DNA of 64,000 nucleotides, from IMG/VR virus record IMGVR_UViG_3300028591_000162. One strand, written 5' to 3'. Below, piece by piece: positions 10,258-17,763 of the stretch. Under the pieces are notes generated by a model. It did no database searches. It saw only the letters and a list, made by a program, of their open reading frames with translations, and was not told where the DNA came from. This DNA comes from an uncultured virus (IMG/VR IMGVR_UViG_3300028591_000162). Its lineage: Duplodnaviria; Heunggongvirae; Uroviricota; Caudoviricetes. Within the stretch, counting starts at the first letter, position 1, and the number at the start of each line of letters is the position of its first letter. The translations under genes were made by a program, and so were the position numbers.

Positions 10258-10351
10258 AGTCCTTCAGGACTATTGGGTAGGTTGTACTGCCTTAAGCTGA
10301 GGGCATGACCACTCGGCAAGTCACTACCAGCAGGTATGTTAAATCATACCC
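10258..10351 (+). ncRNA. 94-nt tracr-like scaffold RNA, copy 1
   Basis: Near-identical at 12130 and 13587; hairpins GTCC-TTCA-GGAC, TGCC..GGCA, GGTATG..CATACC; directly abuts the first repeat. Confidence 0.75.
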
Positions 10352-10453
10352 GGTGTTAATCTCCGTTAAATGCAAGTGATATACAACAGAGCCAAGCATC
10401 AAGTTCTGACTTGACGAGGTGTTTTTCACCGTAAAATGCAAGTGACATACAAC
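10352..10453 (+). CRISPR. Mini array 1: 2 repeats (36 nt), 1 spacer (30 nt)
   Basis: Repeats 10352-10387 and 10418-10453; consensus GGTGTTnnTCACCGTAAAATGCARGTGACATACAAC. Confidence 0.85.
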
Positions 10454-10498
10454 TCTATGGACAAACTCGTAAAAAAATTAAACTAATGAAAAGAAACT

Positions 10499-10615
10499 AT
10501 GACTGAAATGGAAATCGACATCCTGACAATACTTTCAATAGCAATGCTTGTCATTGTCCTGATAATTATTGCAAGAGAAATATACAATCAGATAAACAAG
10601 CACAACTACGATTAG
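10499..10615 (+). CDS. Small single-TM peptide (38 aa)
   Basis: MTEMEIDILTILSIAMLVIVLIIIAREIYNQ...; between array 1 and the Cas12f-like gene. Confidence 0.4.
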   Translation: MTEMEIDILTILSIAMLVIVLIIIAREIYNQINKHNYD

Positions 10616-10668
10616 ACTTCTTTCATTAGATTTTCGACCAGTATAACACAGAGACAAACAGCAAAACT

Positions 10669-11865
10669 ATGATTATTACAAGGAAAATAGAGATTTATGT
10701 CTGTGAACCAGACAAAAAACTCAAAAACGATTATATGCAGACGCTATGGAAATGGCGTGACCTCGTGCGCAAGGCTGCGAATATCATAGTGTCACATAAA
10801 TTCGTTCAGCAGTCCATCCGGGATTTTGTATATATCAAGGATGACATCAAGGAAAAATTCTATGTTTCCAACATCATAAGAGAAGGGAAAGGTATGAGTG
10901 AGCAGAATACCACCTACAGGCTTCTTTCTGACATGATGAAGGGTGTTGTTCCATCGGACATATATTCATCGCTGAATCAGAATATATGCAAGTCATTCAA
11001 GGAATCCCTGCCGGACGTACTGAGGGGTGAAGCCTCGATAAGGAACTATAAAAACAGTATTCCTATCCCCTTTTCTTCCAAGTCTTTTGCTTCGGCGTTC
11101 CGCAAAGGTCCCGACGGTAAGTTTTACTTCAATCTCTTCGGTATTCCTTTCTGTTGCTATCTGGGACGTGACAGGTCAAACAACGAGGCAATTCTGAACA
11201 GGTGTCTGGCAGAGACATACAAGATTTGCAGCTCTTCAATAGCATTTGAGAAGCGTACAAATCACGACACAGGAAAGAGGGTGCAGAGATTATTCCTTAA
11301 TCTCTGCGTGGATTTACCAAAGGAAGAAATACCTCTTAACAAGAAGAAGTATATATATGCCTATCTTGACGTTCACCACCCAATAAAATGCTCTTACATC
11401 GTGAACGCAAAGCAGGAAGAAGACAGTGGCATAAAGTGGTGCATGATAGGCAATGAAACTGAGTTTCTTTACAGACGCATACAGATACAAGAAGCTGTAA
11501 AGCGTTGTCAGGAAAACAATAAGTACGCTACTGGCGGTCACGGCAGGAGGAAGAAGACGAAAAGAATAAGGTTCTTCCATAAATTAGAAGAAAACTATGT
11601 GACCACAAGGATGCACACCTATTCAAAGATGTTGATAGATTATGCCATCAAGCATAACGCAGCAACGATAATCCTTATGAACCAAAAACCCAGAGAAGAA
11701 AAGGCAAAACTCGAAAATAACAAAGAGAATCCTTTCTTGTTGAGAAACTGGTCATACTTCGGGCTGAAGGAGAAAATTCACTATAAGGCACAGAAGTACG
11801 GAATAAAAATCATTGAAGATGTTCCACCCCAAAATAAAAGCGAAGATGAAAATGAATACGAATAA
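10669..11865 (+). CDS. Cas12f/TnpB-family protein with inactivated RuvC (dCas12f-like)
   Basis: MIITRKIEI N-terminus; SIRNYKNSIPIPF; FLYRRIQIQ; GGHGRRKK; HTYSKMLIDYA; LRNWSYFGLKEKIHYKA..YGI; RuvC-I and RuvC-II acids replaced; no Zn finger or RuvC-III; flanked by CRISPR arrays. Confidence 0.85.
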   Translation: MIITRKIEIYVCEPDKKLKNDYMQTLWKWRDLVRKAANIIVSHKFVQQSIRDFVYIKDDIKEKFYVSNIIREGKGMSEQNTTYRLLSDMMKGVVPSDIYSSLNQNICKSFKESLPDVLRGEASIRNYKNSIPIPFSSKSFASAFRKGPDGKFYFNLFGIPFCCYLGRDRSNNEAILNRCLAETYKICSSSIAFEKRTNHDTGKRVQRLFLNLCVDLPKEEIPLNKKKYIYAYLDVHHPIKCSYIVNAKQEEDSGIKWCMIGNETEFLYRRIQIQEAVKRCQENNKYATGGHGRRKKTKRIRFFHKLEENYVTTRMHTYSKMLIDYAIKHNAATIILMNQKPREEKAKLENNKENPFLLRNWSYFGLKEKIHYKAQKYGIKIIEDVPPQNKSEDENEYE

Positions 11866-12130
11866 AAGAAACAACATCAAAACAAGGATGCGGAAGCTCG
11901 CCATTAAAGGAAAACCTTTAATGGAACTGATTGACCCATTCATATTTTACTTCTGTCCCTCCGTAGCCATCGCAACAATAGCGGTGTTGCTGATGATAGA
12001 GATAGGCACCGATATTCTCCTATTCTTAGTGTTTTGCTTTACAGGATGGATTTTCTACCTGTCATTCCAGTTGTTCTTTGATGGCTTGCTACAGATATAC
12101 GAGATAATAAAGAAGAAAAATAAAAACTAA
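11852..12130 (+). CDS. Membrane protein (2 TM) overlapping the dCas12f stop
   Basis: Hydrophobic segments; its stop codon abuts scaffold copy 2. Confidence 0.55.
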   Translation: MNTNKRNNIKTRMRKLAIKGKPLMELIDPFIFYFCPSVAIATIAVLLMIEIGTDILLFLVFCFTGWIFYLSFQLFFDGLLQIYEIIKKKNKN

Positions 12131-12223
12131 GTCCTTCAGGACTATTGGGTAGGTTGTACTGCCTTATGCTGAGGGCATGACCACTCGGCAAGTCACTACC
12201 AGCAGGTATGTTAAATCATACCC
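12130..12223 (+). ncRNA. 94-nt tracr-like scaffold RNA, copy 2
   Basis: One substitution versus copy 1 (hairpin loop). Confidence 0.75.
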
Positions 12224-12389
12224 GGTGTCCCTCATCGTAAAATGCAGGTGACATACAACCATGGGGTTTCGAGAAGCCTCTGTATCAGGTGTTAATCACC
12301 GTAAAATGCAAGTGACATACAATTAATTTAGAGTAGTTATTAGGTACATAGGTGGTGTTCCTCACCGTAAAATGCAAGTGACATACAAC
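12224..12389 (+). CRISPR. Mini array 2: 3 repeats, 2 spacers (28, 30 nt)
   Basis: Repeats 12224-12259, 12288-12323, 12354-12389. Confidence 0.9.
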
Positions 12390-12419
12390 AATACCAACAG
12401 AGATTTAAAACAAAGAATT

Positions 12420-12680
12420 ATGAAACGCATACCATCAAGTACAACAAGTATTACAACATCTATCTTTTGGGAAGAAAACACCTATCCCAACCGTGATAAA
12501 GCCGTGGCTTTAGTTAAGAAGAATGACCTTCAGGAGAAGGAGAAACTAAAGAACGGTTGGCGGTGGATTCCTGTTCATAAGAACCACAAGATTCTCGTTC
12601 CTTGTGACAAACAAGGTAATCCCACACCAGAGGGAGAGAAAAAAATACAGAAGTTTCAAGAAATGTTTGACACGAAATGA
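12420..12680 (+). CDS. Hypothetical protein
   Basis: Start re-called at MKRIP because the upstream ATG lies inside a CRISPR repeat. Confidence 0.6.
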   Translation: MKRIPSSTTSITTSIFWEENTYPNRDKAVALVKKNDLQEKEKLKNGWRWIPVHKNHKILVPCDKQGNPTPEGEKKIQKFQEMFDTK

Positions 12681-13033
12681 AAAAAAGTATGAAAATACTC
12701 CACCTACCGCTTAAAGCGGAATGGTATCGCATGATAGAAAGCGGAGTCAAAACAGAAGAGTATCGCAGTGATAAGCCATACTGGAGAAAGCGACTCCTGC
12801 GATGCTATAAGAGTATTGATTGGTGTGATGACGGAGTTTCCTGCCGCTCCTGCTCAGTGTATCAAAAGAAACAATTCCGTAACTATACACACGTTTGTTT
12901 TAGATATGGTTATACATCCCGAACCATGACATTCGAGATAAAAGATATAACCATTGGAATAGGAAAATACGAATGGGGAGCCCCGACGGAAAGAAATGTA
13001 TTTATAATCAAACTTGGAAATAGAATTAAATAA
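12677..13033 (+). CDS. ASCH/PUA-like domain protein (Cys-rich insert)
   Basis: LPLKAEWYRMIESGVKTEEYR, GxKxxExR motif. Confidence 0.8.
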   Translation: MKKSMKILHLPLKAEWYRMIESGVKTEEYRSDKPYWRKRLLRCYKSIDWCDDGVSCRSCSVYQKKQFRNYTHVCFRYGYTSRTMTFEIKDITIGIGKYEWGAPTERNVFIIKLGNRIK

Positions 13034-13064
13034 ATCAAATATCAACAATTAAAACTGTAGAACG

Positions 13065-13568
13065 ATGGAAGAAAAGAAAGATTATGAAGAAATGCGTAAT
13101 GGTATATGTGAACGCATGAAGCTTTTGGCAGAAAAAAAGCTTGAAATAGTTCCAGACCTCGAATTGTGGATAGGAGAGTTTAATGATGAGTTTGCGAAGG
13201 CAAGTCAAAAGATGTTAAATAAAATGCCAAAAGCTTATACTGAGGTAGGAACTGTCGAAGCATATTTAGTGGGATTGGCTCAATTTACGTGCAGGGTGCT
13301 GACTCGATGGCAGAACAGGGGAATATTTTCTGATGAAGTGGACGGAATGAAATTTTACACCGAAGTTTTGCTGCCTATATGCAACGATGTAGCAAAGGCA
13401 GATTGGGAAGCAGAGGAAGAAGCTGAGAATATCAGTAAGGATTTGGAAGACGTGGATATTCCTATAGATGATATTCTACAGAAATATTTTGCGGACAAGA
13501 AACAAGATTGGGATGTTTTGCGCAAGGAATTTGAAGAATTGCGTGAAATAGTAAAAAAAGGCGATTAA
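13065..13568 (+). CDS. Hypothetical acidic protein
   Basis: 167-aa ORF with AT-rich leader. Confidence 0.65.
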   Translation: MEEKKDYEEMRNGICERMKLLAEKKLEIVPDLELWIGEFNDEFAKASQKMLNKMPKAYTEVGTVEAYLVGLAQFTCRVLTRWQNRGIFSDEVDGMKFYTEVLLPICNDVAKADWEAEEEAENISKDLEDVDIPIDDILQKYFADKKQDWDVLRKEFEELREIVKKGD

Positions 13569-13586
13569 GAATTAAATAAAAAACTA

Positions 13587-13680
13587 AGTCCTTCAGGACT
13601 ATCGGGCAGGTTGTACTGCCTTAAGCTGAGGGCATGACCACTCGGCAAGTCACTACCAGCAGGTATGTTAAATCATACCC
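13587..13680 (+). ncRNA. 94-nt tracr-like scaffold RNA, copy 3
   Basis: Two substitutions versus copy 1. Confidence 0.75.
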
Positions 13681-13846
13681 GGTGTTTTTCACTGTAAAAT
13701 GCAGGTGACATACAATTCTGGCACTTCTATTTCTTCATTTATCACAGGTGTTCCTCACCGTAAAATGCAGGTGACATACAACAATACAACTATATCGAGT
13801 ACTTCGCTGGGGGTTTTCTCACTGTAAGATGCAGTCGCCATCCTCG
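13681..13846 (+). CRISPR. Mini array 3: 2 repeats + 1 degenerate terminal repeat, 2 spacers (30, 28 nt)
   Basis: Repeats 13681-13716, 13747-13782; degenerate GGGTTTTCTCACTGTAAGATGCAG from 13811. Confidence 0.85.
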
Positions 13847-13947
13847 GAAACGACAATCAGACAGTCATCGAAAGGCTGCAACCTCGAATATTGAGCTGCC
13901 AAGATATACCGACAAAGAGATTTACGAATTTGATAAAATCTGAATAT

Positions 13948-14733
13948 ATGGCAAAGTTAGGAAAAAGAGAAATCGTTGTTGAAAATAAAATCGACCCTAC
14001 TATAAAATTTAGATTTGAGGTCGAAATCAACGTATCAAAAAAAGGAGAGTTCTACTTCACTCTGAATGATAAACAGAAAGAAACCTTGTTGAATAGCGGA
14101 GTAAATCTGAATAATACCATCAATCATAAGACCAAGCAAATCGGAACTTTCTACTCAGATACATTAGAAAAACTTTTATCTGAATTTGGGGAAATTCTAA
14201 AAGAGGCAGTATCAGCAGAGGTAATAGAAGATAAATTCGTCATCCTCTACTATATCAAAACAGAATGCACATATTGCTTGGCGAGTGGCGAGCCTGTTCC
14301 TAATGGCTACTATGTACCAATCGAGGAAAGAATAGATAGGCAATATGTTAATTGGGTAGAAGGAACTACTACTGGAGAGCATGGATTTGGGTTCTCCGCA
14401 TACGCTATGATATATAAAAAGCAAGTTCTTCGATTTAAGAGCGGTCAAGAAAAAACATTCTTCTATGCTATCAGAAATGAGCAGAAAAAAGAATTAGGGG
14501 ATTACGGTAAGAAATTATCAGATTTCATCATCCCTGCTCAGGATATTCGAGATGCTTACAATAATTGGTCTATGGGGGAAAAGAAAGAAATCGCATATAC
14601 AGAAGAAAATGCTAAATTCTTCTACGAAGTCCTGATAGCAGTTTGCAGGATGAACGAGAAGATAAAAGGCTTTATCAATGAGCCTGAAAAATTGCAGATG
14701 CTAATCAATTCACAAGTAAAACTACTAAAATAA
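13948..14733 (+). CDS. Hypothetical protein
   Basis: Long ORF; ATG start MAKLG. Confidence 0.65.
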   Translation: MAKLGKREIVVENKIDPTIKFRFEVEINVSKKGEFYFTLNDKQKETLLNSGVNLNNTINHKTKQIGTFYSDTLEKLLSEFGEILKEAVSAEVIEDKFVILYYIKTECTYCLASGEPVPNGYYVPIEERIDRQYVNWVEGTTTGEHGFGFSAYAMIYKKQVLRFKSGQEKTFFYAIRNEQKKELGDYGKKLSDFIIPAQDIRDAYNNWSMGEKKEIAYTEENAKFFYEVLIAVCRMNEKIKGFINEPEKLQMLINSQVKLLK

Positions 14734-14745
14734 TTTCAACGCAAC

Positions 14746-15129
14746 ATGACGAAGAAAGAGATTATGAACGAGTACGGCGATTGCACCTGCGAACAAATGC
14801 TGGCGTATCTGACGAAGATTCAAAACCTTCAGAAGAAAGCGGCAGGAAAGATGACGGTGGATGTAAAGGTGTTGCATGACAGCGGTGCGATATTCGGCGG
14901 TGTCGTGCGAGAACCAGAGATAAGCATCTGCGTGACGCTCATGGACGTGTACGACCATGAGGACTATCAAAAGAGTTGGGACTTGTACCAATTCTATCCC
15001 ACTAACAAGAACGATGAACTGTTTGCCGACCTCAAGAAGGACATCGAGCAATTCATCAAGGACTTCGACAAGGAATGGAAGCGCAGACGCGCCAACTACA
15101 TTAAACGACACGGAAAGGATTGCGTATGA
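14746..15129 (+). CDS. Hypothetical protein
   Basis: ORF in the early operon. Confidence 0.6.
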   Translation: MTKKEIMNEYGDCTCEQMLAYLTKIQNLQKKAAGKMTVDVKVLHDSGAIFGGVVREPEISICVTLMDVYDHEDYQKSWDLYQFYPTNKNDELFADLKKDIEQFIKDFDKEWKRRRANYIKRHGKDCV

Positions 15130-15347
15130 AAGCAGAAGAAATAGTAAAAGGAAGTCTGGTCATCATCAAACACTCAAAAGAGGGTGGTGAGGTTATTGAA
15201 ACAAACCGTACAGACGGGAGGTTTCTCATAAAAGTTGCAAGGATGAAAGTCAATGCAACTGGGGTTAAGACACAAATAATAAATGTTCTGGTCGATGCCG
15301 ACGATCTGGAACCTATTAAGAAACAGAAAGGTGTTGTTATTATTTAG
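15126..15347 (+). CDS. Hypothetical protein
   Basis: ATGA overlap with the previous ORF. Confidence 0.55.
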   Translation: MKAEEIVKGSLVIIKHSKEGGEVIETNRTDGRFLIKVARMKVNATGVKTQIINVLVDADDLEPIKKQKGVVII

Positions 15348-15421
15348 CGTATGACTGACGAGCAGAAGCGTGAGCAAATAAGTTTTCTCTACAGAACAGA
15401 AAATAAATATAAGAAGGAGGA

Positions 15422-15628
15422 ATGACTATGGCAAAGAGAAATCAGAAATTACAACAACCAGAACTAAACGTAGGGCTTTGCCGGGATTGTGCATTAGTTA
15501 CATACGTCACAAGATGGGAAACACTGAGTTTAAAACGTGAGCCTACATTAGGTACATGCCCTCATCAAGAAGTGAAAGTGCTGCTGTCACAGCGTGGCTG
15601 TCCGCACTGGAAAGAAAAGACAGTGTAA
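15422..15628 (+). CDS. Small Cys-rich protein
   Basis: CRDC...CPH...CPHW. Confidence 0.55.
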   Translation: MTMAKRNQKLQQPELNVGLCRDCALVTYVTRWETLSLKREPTLGTCPHQEVKVLLSQRGCPHWKEKTV

Positions 15629-15698
15629 ATAAAGAATAAAACAGAATGTAATAGTCTTTGTTCTTAACATAAATATTAACCAGAAAAAATAGTAAAAT

Positions 15699-16034
15699 AT
15701 GGATTTTGTAGATATTAAAGCAAAGGTATCTCGATTAGAAGAGATAATTGCGGAGGCAAAGGATATTATTGATTCCATTAATGAATACAAGGAATACTTT
15801 ATATATAATGGATGCTGCAACATTCTTGTTGACTGGATAAGATTAGACTCTCCAAGCCAGAATTTCCATTTTCATAATATCTGTGTGGAATTAGGTATTA
15901 AGAATATCGGGGACCTGATAAAGATTCCTTTTGAAGATTTTTGTGTCAAGGCAAGGAGAATTGGGAAGATGCGCCCAAGTGGAATTGCTGCACTTCGAGC
16001 AACATTAAAAGAAATGGGAATAGAATGGAAATAA
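15699..16034 (+). CDS. RNA polymerase alpha-CTD-like (HhH) protein
   Basis: NICVELGIKNIGDLIKIPFEDF...IGKM...LRATLKEMGI resembles alpha-CTD NCL..AGI..IGDL...L....GK.S..EI...L...G. Confidence 0.55.
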   Translation: MDFVDIKAKVSRLEEIIAEAKDIIDSINEYKEYFIYNGCCNILVDWIRLDSPSQNFHFHNICVELGIKNIGDLIKIPFEDFCVKARRIGKMRPSGIAALRATLKEMGIEWK

Positions 16035-16561
16035 AAGAAGGGAAAAATAAAAGGGAAAATATAATCTCACGCTTACAGAAGGTAGAGAATTTCTATATAA
16101 AAAACGGCAGTCTTGATAAACTGTCAAGGTCATATAGAAATTGGCTTCGTTACACCACCGACGAAATCAACGCCATACCATACTGGCGTAATCGCCTGAA
16201 GGAAATGGGATGGCAGCAAAATATGTCATACAATGACCGTAATATAGAATATCTGAGAATAAAAACACATGAATATGGTCGATTCCCTACCATAGAAGAA
16301 ATACCTCCCCGGATTCTGAAATGGATAAGGAAGGTCATGCTGAACAGACAACAGCACAATTACGCTGTTATTCTTAGGAAGATGGGATGCACTCTGTATG
16401 AAGACGAATACAAAAATCAGAGAAGGAAAGTCCCGAAGAAGAAAATAATCACTGAAGTACACCCTCTGATAACAAAGTCCAGACAGATTGTAGAAAGCGG
16501 TCGCCCACATTCTAAAATAGTAAGACTTGTGTTGAAAAGGCTGAAAAATCATATAAAATAA
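16025..16561 (+). CDS. Basic hypothetical protein
   Basis: ORF overlapping the previous stop. Confidence 0.55.
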   Translation: MEIKEGKNKRENIISRLQKVENFYIKNGSLDKLSRSYRNWLRYTTDEINAIPYWRNRLKEMGWQQNMSYNDRNIEYLRIKTHEYGRFPTIEEIPPRILKWIRKVMLNRQQHNYAVILRKMGCTLYEDEYKNQRRKVPKKKIITEVHPLITKSRQIVESGRPHSKIVRLVLKRLKNHIK

Positions 16562-16644
16562 TATAATGTTCAACATCTAAAACAAAAAACGAAGCACCAA
16601 AGAAAATATATTTACAAGAACCCACAAAAGTTCGTACACAAAAG

Positions 16645-16992
16645 ATGTATGATAATGATGTTAAATATATCCGCAAGGATGCCTTTATTGAGAAGGCTTG
16701 CGAGTGGATTGAAACACAAATGGACGATTATATCCACGTTAAGTATGATACTATGACAGAAAGAGAAAATAATATATATAAAGCGGCAAGAGAACATAGC
16801 GACACTCGCGACAATAGAATGTCATTCTGTTGTGGTGCTCGATGGGCAGACAACCATCCTAATGCTATTGATATGTCCTACTTGCAAAATTGGTATCAAG
16901 ATTCTATTGATGAAACTAAAGAACCTATTTGGACTGACCAACATCTTGAAGAATTATTTAATGATTTCTATTTGATTCCAAAATCCAAATAA
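16645..16992 (+). CDS. Phage hypothetical protein
   Basis: FIEKACEW and GARWADNHP motifs recalled from Bacteroidales phage proteins. Confidence 0.55.
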   Translation: MYDNDVKYIRKDAFIEKACEWIETQMDDYIHVKYDTMTERENNIYKAAREHSDTRDNRMSFCCGARWADNHPNAIDMSYLQNWYQDSIDETKEPIWTDQHLEELFNDFYLIPKSK

Positions 16993-16994
16993 TT

Positions 16995-17747
16995 ATGGCA
17001 ACAAAGATAGAATGGACTTCTACGGTATGGAACCCAGTGACAGGATGCACAAAAATTTCAGCGGCTTGTCAAAACTGCTATGCAGAAGTGATGGCAAATA
17101 GACTGAGTGGTATTCCTGTTACAAAGGAGAAGTACAGAAACAAATTTGAGGTGACTCTTCACCCAGAATGTCTTAATGAACCTTTCAGTCTGAAAAGTCC
17201 TAAAATGATTTTCGTTTGCTCAATGGGAGACCTCTTCCACGAGTATGTACCTTATAAATTTATAGACAGGGTACTGAAAGTTATAGAGGAGAATCCTCAA
17301 CATACTTTTCAACTCCTGACAAAACGAGCTGAACGGATGTTTAACTACTTCCATAACCACAGAAAAGACAAGGCTCCAAAGAACTGCTGGCTTGGGGTGA
17401 CATGTGAAAGTAGTAAGTATAAAGTCCGTATTGATTACCTCACAACGATAGAAGCTCCAGTAAGGTTTATATCTTGTGAGCCTCTGCTTGGAGACATGGG
17501 AGACATAAACCTCAATGGTATTGATTGGGTGATAACTGGAGGCGAAAGTGGTGTAAGGGCGAGACCGACCCCAGCGGAATATTTCTATTCACTCCGTGAT
17601 ACCTGCATAAATCAAAATGTCCCGTTCTTTTTCAAGCAATGGGGAGCCTACGGAGCTGACGGAAAGAAACGTCCGAAGTATGAGAACGGCAGTATTCTTG
17701 ATGGAAGGGAATGGAAAGAATACCCGAAAATCAGAGAACAATATTAG
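16995..17747 (+). CDS. DUF5131 (phage Gp37/Gp68) radical-SAM-like protein
   Basis: IEWT..WNPVTGCTKISAACQNCYA; FVCSMGDLF; LLTKR; WVITGGESG; FFFKQWG. Confidence 0.92.
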   Translation: MATKIEWTSTVWNPVTGCTKISAACQNCYAEVMANRLSGIPVTKEKYRNKFEVTLHPECLNEPFSLKSPKMIFVCSMGDLFHEYVPYKFIDRVLKVIEENPQHTFQLLTKRAERMFNYFHNHRKDKAPKNCWLGVTCESSKYKVRIDYLTTIEAPVRFISCEPLLGDMGDINLNGIDWVITGGESGVRARPTPAEYFYSLRDTCINQNVPFFFKQWGAYGADGKKRPKYENGSILDGREWKEYPKIREQY

Positions 17748-17763
17748 TAACCAACAAAAATTA

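Noticed and set aside
10669..11865. IS200/IS605 or IS607 transposon TnpB
   Set aside because: No tnpA, no recognisable IS ends, RuvC inactive, and associated with repeat-spacer arrays
12372..12419. N-terminal extension of the 12372-12680 ORF
   Set aside because: The ATG lies within CRISPR repeat 12354-12389; the real start is probably 12420
10352..13846. Arrays as type VI-B (Cas13b) or type II arrays, or as RNA anti-CRISPR decoys, given the 36-nt repeats, 30-nt spacers and GTTGT/ACAAC end
   Set aside because: No cas13 or cas9 in the window; each array is fused to a conserved scaffold and flanks a Cas12f-like gene, which is the simpler explanation. Acquisition by a host system in trans is not excluded
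15547..15557. ATTAGGTACAT match to a spacer of array 2 (also CTTCTATTTC near 23959 for array 3)
   Set aside because: 10-11-nt matches outside the 5' seed are expected by chance in 64 kb
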